Positions 36,945-50,584 of a DNA stretch of 64,000 nt are shown piece by piece; the stretch's first letter is position 1; each line of letters begins with the position of its first letter. Below the pieces are notes generated by a model. That model had not been told where the DNA came from, did not search any database, and saw only the letters and a program-made list of their open reading frames with translations. Source of the DNA: Chrysomallon squamiferum (taxonomy: Eukaryota > Animalia > Mollusca); contig CM022678.1 in NCBI GenBank assembly GCA_012295275.1, positions 16,368,001 through 16,432,000 of the forward strand, given 5' to 3'. A program made the position numbers and the translations under genes.

Positions 36945-38516
36945 CTATTGTTGTTTGTTTGGTTTTTGTTGTTTGTTGTTGTTGTGTAATGAGTGTTTGT
37001 TCGGGTTGTTGTTGTTGTGTAATGAGTGTTTGTTTTGGTTGTTGTTGTGTAATGAGTGTTTGTTTTGGTTGTTGTTGTCTAATGAGTGTTTGTTTTCGTT
37101 GTTGTTGTGTAATGAGTGTTTGTTTTGGATGCTGTTGTGTAATGAGTTTTTTTTGGCTGCTGTTGTGTAATGAGTGTTTGCTTTGGCTGCTGTTGTTCTG
37201 TAATGAGAGTTTGTTTTGGCTGCTGTTGTTGTGTAATGAGTGTTTGTTTTGGCTGCTGTTGTATAATGAGTGTTTGTTTTGGCTCCTGTTGTTCTGTATT
37301 GAGTGTTTGTTTTGGTTGTTGTTGTGTAATGAGTGTTTGCTTTGGCTGCTGTTGTTGTGTAATGACTGTTTGTTTTGGCTGCTGTTGTGTCATGAGTGTT
37401 TTTTTTTTTGGCTGCTGTTGTGTAATGAGTGTTTGTTTTGGCTGCTGTTGTGTAATGAGTGTTTGTTTCGGCTGCTGTTGTGTAATGAGTGTTTGTTTCG
37501 GCTGCTGTTGTGTAATGAGTGTTTGTTTTGGCTGTTGTTGTGTAATGAGTGTTTGTTTTGGCTGCTGTTGTTGTGTAATGAGTGTTTGTTTTGGCTGTTG
37601 TGTAATGAGCGTTTTTTTGGGTTGTTGTTGTGTAATGAGTGTTTTTTTGGCTGCTGTTGTTGTGTAATTAGTGTTTGTTTTCGCTGTTGTTGTTGTGTAA
37701 TGAGTGTTTGTTTTGGCTGTTTTTGTTGTGTAATGAGTGTTTGTTTTGGCTGTTGTTGTTGTGTAATGAGGGTTTGTTTTGGCTGCTGTTGTTGTGTAAT
37801 GAGGGTTTGTTTGGGTTGTTGTTGTGTAATTAGTGTTTGTTTTGGCTGTTGTTGTTGTGTAATGAGGGTTTGTTTTGGCTGCTGTTGTTGTGTAATGAGG
37901 GTTTGTTTGGGTTGTTGTTGTGTAATGAGTGTTTGCTTTGGCTGCTGTTGTTGTGTAATGGGTGTTTGTTTGGGTTGTTGTTGTGTAATGAGTGTTTGCT
38001 TTGGCTGCTGTTGTTGTGTAATGAGTGTTTGTTTTGGTTGTTGTTGTGTAATGAGTGTTTGCTTTGGCTGCTGTTGTTGTGTAATCAGTGTTTGTTTTCG
38101 CTGTTGTTGTTGTGTAATCAGTGTTTGTTTTGGCTGTTTTTCTTGTGTAATGAGTGTTTGTTTTGGCTGCTGTTGTTGTGTAATGAGTGTTTGTTTGGGT
38201 TTTTGTTGTTGTGTAATGAGTGTTTGTTTTCGCTGCTGTTGTTGTGTAATTAGTGTTTGTTTGGGTTTTTGTTGTTGTGTAATGAGTGTTTGTTTTGGCT
38301 GCTGTTGTTGTGTAATTAGTGTATTCTTTTGGCTGCTGTTGTTGTGTAATGACTTTGCTTTGGTTGTTGTGTAATGAGTGTTTGTTTTGGCTAGCGTTGT
38401 TGTGTAATGAGTGTTTCCTTTGGTTGTTGTGTAATGAGTGTTTGTTTTGGTTGTTGTTGTTTAATGGGTGTTTGTTTTGGCTGCTGTTGTGTAATGAGTG
38501 TTTGCTTTGGTTGTTG
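36945..38516. repeat. 30-33-bp satellite TGTAATGAGTGTTTGTTTTGGCTGCTGTTGTTG
   Basis: About 50 copies; the minus strand reads KQTLITQQQP-like, possibly an expanded part of LINE ORF1. Confidence 0.92.
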
Positions 38517-41063
38517 CCAGATAACGAACCACGACCACCACGAGCGCCGCCGCCGCCGCCAGATAACGAACCACCATCACTACGACTGCCGCCACCGCCA
38601 GATAACGAACCACCACCACCACCACGACCACCGCCGCCAGATAACGAACAACCACCACTACGACTGCCGCCGCCGCCAAATAACGAACAACCACCACCAC
38701 GACCACCACCGCCAGATAACGAACCACCACCACCACGACCGCCGCCGCCGCCAGATAACGTACCACAACCACCACGACCGCCGCCGCCGCCAAATAACGA
38801 ACCACCACCACCACGACCGCCGCCGCCGCCAGATTACGTACCACCACCACCACGACCGCCGCCGCCGCCAGATAACGAACCACCACCACTCCGATCGCCG
38901 CCGCCGCCAGATAACGAACTACCACCACTACGACTGCCGCCGCCGCCAAATAACGAACAACCACCACCACGACCACCACCGCCAGATAACGAACCACCAC
39001 CACCACGACCGCCGCCGCCGCCAGATAACGAACCACCACCACCACCGCCAGATAACGAACAAGCACCACCACGACCGCCGCCGCCGCCAGATAACGTACC
39101 ACAACCACCACGACCGCCGCCGCCGCCAGATAACGAACCACCACCACTACGACTGCCGCCGCCGCCAAATAACGAACCACCACCACTCCGACCGCCGCCG
39201 CCGCCAGATAACGAACCACCACCACTACGACTGCCGCCGCCGCCAAATAACGAACCACCACCACCACGACCACCGCCGCCAGATAACGAACAACCACCAC
39301 CACCGCCAGATAACGAACAACCACCACCACGAGCGCCGCCGCCAAATAACGAACCACCACCACCACGACCACCGCCGCCAGATAACGAACCACCACCACC
39401 ACGACCGCTGCAGCCGCCAGATAACGAACCACCACCACCAAGAGCGCCGCCTCCGCCGCCAGATTACGTACCACCATCACCACGAGCGCCGCCGCCGCCG
39501 CCAGATAACGAACCACCATCACCACGAGCGCCGCCGCCGCCGCCAGATAACGAACCACCACCAAGACGACTGCCGCCGCCGCCAGATAACGAACCACCAC
39601 CACCACGAGCGCCGCCGCCGCCGCCAGATAACGAACCACCACCACCACCGCCAGATAACGAACAACCACCACCACGACCGCCGCCGCCGCCAGATAACGT
39701 ACCACCACCACCACGACCGCCGCCGCCGCCAGATAACGAACCACCACCACCACCGCCAGATAACGAACAACCACCACCACGACCGCCGCCGCCGCCAGAT
39801 AACGTACCACAACCACCACGACCGCCGCCAGATAACGAACCACGATCAAGACGACTGCCGCCGCCGCTAGATAACGAACCACCACCACCACCTCCAGATA
39901 ACGAACAACCATCACCACCACGACCGCCGCCGCCGCCAGATAACGAACCACCACCACTACGACCGCCGCCGCCGCCAGATAACGAACCACCACCACTCCG
40001 ACCGCCGCCGCCGCCAGATAACGAACCACCACCACTACGACTGCCGCCGCCGCCAAATAACGAACCACCACCACCACGACCACCGCCGCCAGATAACGAA
40101 CAACCACCACCACGACCACCGCCGCCAGATAACGAACCACCACCAACACGACCGCCGCCGCCGCCAGATAACGAACCACCACCACCAAGAGCGCCGCCGC
40201 CGCCGCCAGATTACGTACCACCACCACCACGACCGCCGCCGCCGCCAGATAACGAACCACCACCACTCCGACCGCCGCCGCCGCCAGATAACGAACCACC
40301 ACCACTACGACTGCCGCCGACGCCAAATAACGAACCACCACCACTCCGACCGCCGCCGCCGCCAGATAACGAACCACCACCACTACGACCGCCGCCGCCG
40401 CCGCCAGATAACGAACCACCACCACTCCGACCGCCGCCGCCGCCAGATAACGAACCACCACCACTACGACCGCCGCCGCCGCCAGATAACGAACCACCAC
40501 CACTACGACTGCCGCCGCCGCCAAATAATGAACCACCACCACCACGACCACCGCCGCCAGATAACGAACCACCACCACCACGACCGCCGCGAGATAACGA
40601 AGCACCACCACGACCGCCTCCGCCGCCACATAACGTACCACCACCGCCGCCAGATAATGTACCACCACAACAACCACCACCACAACCGCCTCCGCCGCCA
40701 GATAACGTACCACAACAACCACGAGCACCACCGCCGCCAGATAACGAACCACCACCACCACGACCGCCGCGAGATAACGAAGCACCACCACGACCGCCTC
40801 CGCCGCCACATAACGTACCACCACCGCCGCCAGATAATGTACCACCACAACAACCACCACCACAACCGCCTCCGCCGCCAGATAACGTACCACAACAACC
40901 ACGAGCACCACCGCCGCCAGATAACGTACCACCACCACCGCCGCCAGATAACGTACCACCACAACAACCACAACCACCACCACCGTCGTCGCCAGATAAC
41001 GTACCACAACAACCACGACCGCCTCCGCCGCCAGATAACGTACCACCACAACAACCACATCTT
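38517..41063 (+). repeat. GC-rich tandem array CCAGATAACGAA(CCA)nCGA(CCG)n encoding poly-(PDNEPPPPRPPP); expanded terminal exon of the Pro-rich family (copy F)
   Basis: Open about 850 codons; ends in PHL like genes B and C and is followed by family 3' UTR sequence; exact 180-bp duplication 40561-40740/40741-40920. Confidence 0.75.
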
Positions 41064-41120
41064 AGAAAAGCAACCTCGGTCATAATAATTATATATCTTA
41101 ATATTAATTTATTAATTACT

Positions 41121-41227
<107 letters not shown>

Positions 41228-41517
41228 CTCATTATTATTCATAGTTACTCATTTAGCTTTCGGTGATTAATTTCTTAAAATAATGTGATTAAGGAAAATT
41301 AAGATTTATTATAAATTTTGATATTTATGTTTTACGTTATGCTTTTAGATATTTGATCATATTTATCTTCCAGACACCAAAAGCCAACTAATGATTCGAC
41401 AAAATAAACAACTTGGAGACAAAAATTTGTTGGTGTGATGCATCTTATAAAAGCAGCTTGAGTCATAATAATTATATATACAAACTTTGCTTGATTATTT
41501 AACTTTGTTGTCAAACG

Positions 41518-43500
41518 GTACTCAGTATAAATTCTACATACGAAACAAAAAGGAAAGGAAATGTTTTATTTACTATTTACATTTGTGTGTGTGTCTCTCT
41601 GTGTTAAAAACCAGCAAGAAACTAGAGATGGAATCTGTTTCGCAAGTGATCTTTTATATTCATCATTCCACTGGCCGAACTATATAATCTGTTTCCTTTG
41701 TGCTATAACATAACGGAGTCATTTACCTGAATCGAAAATACTTTATTACGAAATCGGATACCCCGTTCCTAAATATTTAAACAGCAACGAAACACGCCAT
41801 TGTCAGTTATTTATTTATAGAAACACTAGGCGTACTGAAATACAAATACGTACATATATACAGTAAAAAATAATAAATAAATAATTGTTAAAAAAATATA
41901 TTGAAATAATGTTAAAAATAAAAATAATATTTCTTTAATTACAAAGCATGCATTTAAGTAAAATAAATATCTTTTTAAAACAACATATTCAAAAACAAGA
42001 AACATGAAGAAATATAATATATATTATATCAGTTGTATAACAGAATATTAATGACAAATTTCTTATGCCCAGAACAATAACTACCATAATCCACACTGGT
42101 GTTTATTGACCCCTTTTGCCCTCTATGCAGTTAGTTACTCACCACGTGGATAGTCCCATCATCAACACATTTACTAACACCTAGGAGATATTTTTCACCT
42201 ACAGACATGCCTTTATCAAAAAGTAAATGAACAAAAAAGCAGAAAAAGGTATCACTATGATGTATGTATGTGTGTGTTGACAAAGTTCAACAATTTTCAA
42301 CAACAAGAAAACAGATACAAAAAAAAAAAAAAAAAAAAAAAAATAGAACAAGTTATATTTAGTTTATCGAGTGTCAGTGTAAATGGTCCGTGGATCTCTA
42401 TGGGGCAATGTGTGGGAGTGGGCGGAAGGGCGTGTTGATATGGGTTTATATTTAACAAAAGGAAAATAAATTTTCAAAGGCTTAGCTATCCTCTATAATC
42501 ATTTAGGTCAACTTTTTTTCTCTTCACAAACAGTGAGCATGATGCAATGTCTGTATGATTAAAATTTCAGGTAAAGGTTTTTTTCGGGTCAAATTTTTAT
42601 GAAGTCATGGAGACCTGAAATGAAAGAGTTTGACAGCTGCTGGATGAAGCAAATTTTAATTATTACATCTCTGCGCTTTGCTCTTTATATATGATAACAG
42701 AAACAAATAACTGAGAAAAAATATATCTAATACAGATCCCGAAGTATAAAGAAAATTAATGGTATTAGAAAAAGCAAATATGAACAACAGCAAAGTCAAT
42801 AAAATTTAAAATAAAAAATAAATAAATAAATAAAAAACTGATAATTGAAAGCTTAATATAAATGTTAAATATCAAATAGTATAATAATTTTACAAAAGCA
42901 TTTTCTATATCTATAGAAATTTGTTAAAAATATAAAAAATATCATGTATAATAATGACAAGAAAACTGATATATTCAAATCTGTAACAATAATAATAATA
43001 ATATTAAAGGGAAACACAATTTTTTCCTTTATTTAAAATGGAAAAAAAGTAAGAAGACAATTGTGCCATAATCATTCAAAAATTAGTAATAGTAAAAGAT
43101 TATAATAATAAGAAGAAGAAGAACAACAACAACAACAAGGAGAAGAAGAAGAAGAAAAAGATGAAGAAAAAGAAGAAGAAAAATAAAAGACAACAAAAGA
43201 AATAAAATGAAAAGACATGTAATGTCTAATGTCTCCTACTGTCCTGCAATATTATTTACGCAAAAGCCAAATATCATTAAACAAACCATTTCACTTCAAA
43301 TGTTGAGTGTTTTACATTTTCACACATACAGAATACAGAGCAGACTTCTTCTACATAAAATAGTTATAATCATTCTTAGAACAAGCAAGTGAAATCACTT
43401 TGCATTGCCAAGAACAGAAACAAATAATTAAAACTGAATGACCTTTGAAAAAATCAAAAATCAAAAATAAAAAACACAACTATATTTTAATGATTATATA
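41518..43500 (-). repeat. Inverted segmental duplicate of the family upstream region (Sulf 3' flank)
   Basis: Reverse complement matches about 21200-21457 plus 22158-22860, 50660-51990 and (same strand) 58870-60350. Confidence 0.85.
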
Positions 43501-43955
43501 TATATATATATATATAGACGGTGAAATGTATGTAAACAGGTCAACATATTCCGGACGATTAGATGGAACTGAACTGAAAATAAAACCAAGAGGACTGTAG
43601 AGAGCAAATCGAGTTGAAAAACAAATAAACATATAAAGGGGAATAACTCTTCTCATAACGATATCTTTGCAGACTGATTTTTAAGGTACATTTAAAGAAT
43701 GCTAATAAATACAGTAACACTTTACATGCTTTCTTTTTGTCTTTGCTTCTGAGTAACTGTTTATCCAAAAGTGTTAATTACCAAGCAAAGTAGATACATA
43801 CATACATACATACGTACGCACGTACCTTTTATCTCTGTTTCTGTATAACTGTTTGTTTATCTAAAAGTGTTAGTTACTATAACACACAGTCCAGCGTAAA
43901 ATAAGAGGAAAAAGGTTTAGTAGTTCATTTTATTTTGTTAAAGAGTATTATTTAT

Positions 43956-44029
<74 letters not shown>

Positions 44030-44629
44030 GTGTATGTGTGAGTGTATATATATATATATATATACAATAATAAAAAATGGAAAAATACAAATAATGACAG
44101 TATCATAAAAAAAAAGATAAACCATTTGGAGAATATAAATAATATAGCACATGAATTATTAACTAATCAAAACTTTTCAACACTGAAATGCTTTAAACAA
44201 ATATTTTCCTAAATTACACAGTGATTTAGTATTTTCAATCTCACCACTGTTACATAATATAATATACATATTCTTTCTGCTCTTTCTGTATTCCTATACC
44301 TGGGAGTCTCAGCTGTCAGCTGATGTGCAGATAGCTTCACTTTTATTAAGTATCTTTTATAAATCATTGGTTTTAGATTCATCTAAATAAAACTGAATTG
44401 TAACAGCATGTATTTAGCTGAATTGAAAGATTCTGCCTTGCTTGGTCATATATTCTTTGCTTAATTATGCACAAATAATTTGTTATATTTTCATTAATCT
44501 GGGTAATAGGGTAAAACCCGATCACATTCAGTACACTTATATGCACCATGGAGTTCCTGTAGAAGATCGCTTTAAGAGAGAATGTTTAAGAAGTATGTAG
44601 CCTGCAAAACAATGTAGATTCGAATGAAA

Positions 44630-45110
44630 GAGTGCTTCTTGATTATGGATCATGGTTTACTAGCACTATTGGACCAAGTTCTATATTCTTGTACCCCTTT
44701 CTTCGAAGCGTGCCTTCGAAGTTCCCTATCACTTGAAATGTGGAGTTCCCAGTGTCTTGCAGAGTGACGGATCTGAGTTTACAGCTGTTGTGTCAACGAA
44801 CTGGTGGAATTGTGGACGGAATTTGCTGTTGTGCACAGGAAACCAAGACAACCCCAAAGCCAGCGCTCTGTACAGCGGGCAAACTCAGACATTAAGGACT
44901 GGTTAGTAGCCCAACTCAGAACTTGACCAGTTGCTTTCGAACGCTTTTATCTTTCATCAGCGCCAGAGGGTGCTATTGTTTGATGATCTGAACAGAGAAG
45001 GCACGATGTCTCTTAAAGCAGCAGTGTCAAAGAGTCATCCGCAGGAGGGACAAAGGGATGTCAAAACAAAACGTAAATGTTTCAAGAACAATCGAGTTTA
45101 TTTAAAACTG
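44630..45110 (+). mobile_element. Decayed Ginger/KRBA2-type DDE integrase fragment
   Basis: GVPSVLQSD-GSEFTAV / VNELVELWTEFAVVHRKPRQPQSQRSVQRANSDIKDWL, resembling LQSDNG.EF...HGKPRHPQSQGSVERAN; frameshifted. Confidence 0.75.
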
Positions 45111-45510
45111 AAAACATGGACGTTAATTAATAAATAAATCAAGTTAGTTGTATAGTTTTAAAGAATTAAGAGTTTATTAATAAAAATAAAAAAATAAAAC
45201 ATTAACTTTTTAAAGTTTATTCAATAATTAATAAAACAGTATTGAGAAGTTTAATTATTAGTATTATTATTAATGTTACTTTCAGTATTAATATTAAAAT
45301 TTAATAATTGAAGCAGTCAAATATTATCATTTAAAAGTTAGTTCATTAAATTATCAGTGACAACATTACCACGTCATTCACTTTACTGTTCAACAACATT
45401 TTAATAACCAAGCGAAGTCTTTATGTATAATTATTACTGCAGAACCTGCTTTTATAAGATATATGACGTCATAAAAACAAGTTGTTTATATCCTGAAGAC
45501 ATTCAAGTTT

Positions 45511-45622
45511 TCATTCCGGGTCTGGAATAACCGGGTCTGCTGAACGAGGTAGGGCGGATTTGTTTGGTCTGATCAGTTCAGAAACTGCAGGATAGTGATA
45601 AGAATAAAACAAACCAAAAAAT

Positions 45623-45666
<44 letters not shown>

Positions 45667-48216
45667 TTTGTGTTTAAACGATTACATTTTAAACTAAAGG
45701 ATTCATTCCGTTTCGTTTAAAATTCATTTCATAGATAGATATATTAATGTCAAAAAGCGTAAATTACGAAATCATGACGACGGAATTAGAAAAAAACAAA
45801 TGAGAACAACTAATTTAAAAATAAACAGAAAAGAAAAACAAAACAAATAAATAAATAAATAAATAAATAATAAAATAAAATAAAATAATAATAATAATTT
45901 AAATGACATATTTATTTATATAATTAGTACGATGCCTTAGCTCAGCAGAAAACGCTAGTCTGGCCCATCAAAAAATACAATAGCCTGTATCACAGAAATA
46001 TAAAACTTTGAAAGCACATACCTTTTTATAAAAACAAGGAAGTAAAAAATTAAGGGAAATAATAACATTCGAGAACTAAACAAGAAGATAAAAGTTAATT
46101 TTCTTTATTTCACACTAGAAAAATAATGAATTTTAAATATGTGATTTCTGCTTCGACAATATTTACTAAAAACCGTAAACTATAATTTCACCCGAGCTTT
46201 TAATGGCGACTTCGCCGAGTTTCAAGTATCTTCAGACTATGTCTGTTCTTGCAGGACGTATACAAAAAGTGAATATTTCTCCAGTTCGAGATTATAAACT
46301 GTCTGTTTCTGTTAAATACTACATTGACGAGTTTTGATTAATGTTTATTAATCTAAGTTGGTTTGTTATTTAAAGTGTAAAGTTTTTCAGTATTGTCTAT
46401 ACTAAATTTTGCTCTATCATAACAGCTCTATTTTTCATAGCAGATATCTTTTTATAAGAAAAGGAAATAAAAATGTAAGGAAAAACAACAAAACATTCGA
46501 GAACTAAACAGGAAGTAAAAGTGAATTTTCTTTATTTGACACTAATACTAGAAAAATAAATGAATGCTTCGATAAAAATTACTTAAAACCATAAACTACA
46601 ATTTCACGATTTAGTTCTGCCCGCCAAGTTTCAAGTATTAAGTCTCTTCCTGCAGGACGTATATAAAAAGTAAATATTTCTCCAGATTTTAAAACCTACC
46701 TCTAAATGCAGGCTTGCATAGTCGTGTGACAAAATAGGGTGGATCGACTGAAAGTAAACTTTTATTTATGTTCATTTATGTTTATTGTTTATACTTAAAT
46801 TTTCCTTATGACAGTACTGGATTATAAACTGTTTCTGTTAAATAACACGCTGACAGGTTTTTAACTAATGTTTATTTATCTAAGTTTTTAGCTAATTATG
46901 GGGAATGTAGCTAGGGAGCAAGAAAATAACAACGTCAGGCTGGAATTATTTTATCATCAATGTACATCAATAATATTAATCTATTATAAACCGGTTAATG
47001 ACCTATGTGGATATATATTTGATATTTTTAACTGCTCTTATTTTTTATTTTATTACTTCTTTTTTTTCTCTTTTTTTTTTGTGCCATAATAATTTATGAA
47101 GCTTTTGCATATTAACTTGCTAATTGTGTTGGTAGATCGGATTATAAAGTTTCTGTTTCCGTTAACTGTCAAGTTGGCAAGTTCTAACCAATGTTTATTT
47201 ATGTATGTTGTTTATACTAAATTTTTCTACTTTCATTTCAGTTTTTATAAACTTGTTCAACTCTTCTTCTGTGTCTTCCTAAAGATTAAATTGTCACACA
47301 TGAAGTGAGTTTGTAGGTCATTGTGTTTTTCTCTTAAGTTTCCAAACTTTTAATTCTCATATTTGTTGTTTATTATTATCTCTAGAACTGTTCATATGTG
47401 ACACAACAGTTTCAAAATTCCGAGAAGTTTTTTATTCATTTCAAAATGTTCGTTAATGTAAATTCATACCCGTTTCCAATTTTTACTTTTTTTTTTATAT
47501 CAATCATTTTACCACTAATGTCTTGTACAGCTACATCCATACTGTTCAGTCGTTTCTCAATCATGTCCAGTTTTTCCAATTTATCGCACATCATATCTAA
47601 CTTTCTAGTCAAAGTATCTGATTTTATACTGACATCTTGACTGTGCACAACTGGTGAAATTAAACCAGAATACTCACCGTGGAATCATTAGGTTTGTCCA
47701 TATTGTCCATACTGTGACTGCTGAGACTGTTGGTTGGCTGTTTACTGTTGAATTGGTTTTGACTGATAAAATGGTGCAGATGAACAACTCTTTATTCTGT
47801 GTATTTGACGTCCTTATAATAGCGAGTTCTTGACCAGCTTGGCTACTGCTTACCCTTACTTTCTGTTCACTTTCTCCACATATATTTTTTTCTCTATTTA
47901 CCTGTTTTATTTTCATGTTGCGTACTCATGTATCCTGAGCAACAATATTGACTGATAAAGCAGATACAGCAACTTTTAAAACCAATAAACATTATATATT
48001 TCATTTTAGAAACGAGAAACACGACTTTCATTTCCACGAATAGTTTTCAGATAATTTAGTTCTGCTCGCCCTAGCTTTTTTAATGTAGACTTTGCCCAGC
48101 TTCAACTGTCTTCAGATTAAAGCAGGATGAAGATAAAAAATAATTAATATTTCTCTAGATCGAAATTGCTTTAAAACCTGCCTTTAGGTCGTCCTTTTCT
48201 GTGTATCTTCTGTCAT
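45511..48216 (-). pseudogene. Pro-rich family copy D (probably broken)
   Basis: Exon 1 48216-48182 (35 nt, in-frame TAA, donor GCAGGT); micro-exon 46747-46700 (48 nt, DPPYFVTRLCKPAFR); last exon 45584-45511 (SELIRPNKSALPRSADPVIPDPE-TGA). Confidence 0.6.
47270..47950 (-). mobile_element. Possible decayed LINE ORF1-type coiled-coil fragment inserted in the copy D intron
   Basis: Heptad-like LTRKLDMMCDKLEKLDMIEKRLNSMDVAVQDISGKMIDIKKKV; broken frames; absent from paralogous introns. Confidence 0.4.
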
Positions 48217-50019
48217 TTTTTTACATCAGTAACTTGTTTAGTCCAGCGAATTATTGAGTGAATATTCGGTGTTTGTTTGGCTTGGAATCGAAAGTCTGTA
48301 CATAATATATAAATATATTTTAAATTTATTGTAATTTCTTTTCATATTGTCAATATATAAAACATGTAATTAGTTCATGAAGGTTTTCTTTTAAAGTACA
48401 TAGAGAAAACTCATAAAAAGATTCTAACAACCTTAAACGTTTTATTTTCATCTTTGTATGCATAAATTCTACATACGAAACAAATAGGAAAGGAAATGTT
48501 TTACTTACTATTCACATCTGAATGTGCGTGTGTGGGTGTGTGTGTGTGTGTGTGTGTCCGGAAGAAGTTGTTTTCAACTGGGAAACAATTGCTATTCTCA
48601 AAAGATAGTATTAAACCTTCAAACTTTGAAAACTGTGAAAAATGAGACGTAATAAAAAGTAAATAAGCAGGAATACAAACTGATACCCAGTACAAACCAG
48701 GGTACATCTAATCTTTAAATTATCGATCTATTTATGGAATCCATGATCTCCTTTCAAACCTGAAACCAATAAAATATAATAAAATAAAATAATATTTAAT
48801 GTTTTTGTGTTGTTGGTAAGGATTTATTTTTAATAAACGAAAAGGCTCAAGTTAGGCTTGGGTGTCCTCTACGGTCATCTAGGTCAACCTTTTTTATTTT
48901 GTTATTCAGAAAAATAGCAGTGTTGTTGGGTTCAAATTTTAGGTCAAAGTTATCACAGGTGAGATAATTTTTATAAGGTCATAGAGCCCTGAACTAAAAA
49001 GAGTTTGACAGCTAATGGATAAGACGCTTGGTTATTCATACATGATAACAGAAACAAATAATTTTAAATATGTATACAAACACAGATCAGGAAGTATAAT
49101 GAAAATTAACAGTATTAGAAAAAAAAAAGAAAAAAACAACAGTTGTTTAATTGCTATTATTTCTTTGTGCCGTAATAATTTATTTGCATATTAAATTGCT
49201 TATCGTTTTAGTAGATCGGATTATAAATTGTCTCTTTCTGTTAACTGTCTGTTTACAGGTCTAACCAATGTTTATTTATGTTTATTGTTTATACTTATTG
49301 TAAAAGTACCGTATAGTAGTTGTAGTAGCAGTAGTAGTAGTAATAGTATAAGTAGTAGTATAACAAGTACATCATAAAACAATTGTAGCAGCAGAGGTAA
49401 TAGAAACAATAAAAGCATGACGTAGTTGTTATGATAATGGCACAAGTTGTACAATAGTAATAGTAATGATACGAGCAGTTTAAAATATTTTTAATTACTT
49501 GAAAAAAAAGTATGAATTAATTTATATAATTATATAATGAATACAAGTTATTTAAAACCATCAGCAAAGGAAAGAATGTTAGTAAACTGGTATGCATATA
49601 AGGAATTAAAGTAAAATAAAAACAAATGAAACAAACTCATTTATTTATATACATTTATATAATGAAAACTGAAAACTCTCGTCAGTCGCTTTGATTTGCG
49701 TTAATCTCGCCGTGACGTAATAACCTGCGTGACTTTGTAAGATCTCCCACCCAGGTAATAATTAGAAAGAATTTAAAAGTAATCATAAGAGATAAATCAG
49801 TAAGCAAGCAGTACTAATAATAGTAAAGGTACTTTAAGTGTTTAAAAACGAAATGTGAAACATATATAGATAGTCATTTAAAATTATCATTTAAAAGTTA
49901 ATAAATCATTCAATATTACCATATTAAAATTAATAATTCACGACATTGTTAATGAAACATTCAAAGCGTATCATTTAAAAGTTAATTCATTAATAAAAGT
50001 TAATTTATTAAAGATACTT

Positions 50020-50147
50020 TTAAGCTTGTAAATAGCATATTTCATTTTTAATATTAAAACTGATTAACATCACTGACACGTCATTCACTGGAACTGAAGG
50101 TGGATTGGACGGTCGTTGGCCTACTTTGTCTACAAAATCAGAACTAA

Positions 50148-50202
<55 letters not shown>

Positions 50203-50584
50203 GGTCAATAGATAGGTCAATGTCAAAAATCGTAAATTAAGAAACGAGGAAGACGGAAGTAGATTAATAAAAAAAAATGAAAACAACTGATTTAAAAATG
50301 AACTGAAAAGAAAAGAAAGCTGATGACCTGGTACAATGAATTCATTTAAAATAAAACTATTCTAAATGACGTATTTATTTATATAATTAGTACGATGCCT
50401 TTGCTCCACAGAAAACTGTATTTGCGCTAATCTGGCCCATGAAGAAATAAAATAGTCTGTGTCAACTCACAGAAACATAAAACTTTGATACCTGGTGAAA
50501 CAACACGCGGGTCTTCTGGTCGGGGTGGGTTTGGTTTATCTGATGTGTTGTCTACTGGAACTGGAGGACTGGATGGTCGCAAGT
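50020..50584 (-). pseudogene. Pro-rich family copy E (5'-truncated)
   Basis: Exon 50584-50492 (93 nt, LRPSSPPVPVDNTSDKPNPPRPEDPRVVSP); last exon from 50129 (KVGQRPSNPPSVPV) fused by deletion to 3' UTR sequence; no exon 1. Confidence 0.6.

Noticed and set aside
36874-38516. Cys-rich (CCCVMSVCFG) and WLLLCNECLF ORFs resembling metallothionein or keratin-associated proteins
   Set aside because: Satellite translation; the frame switches between units.
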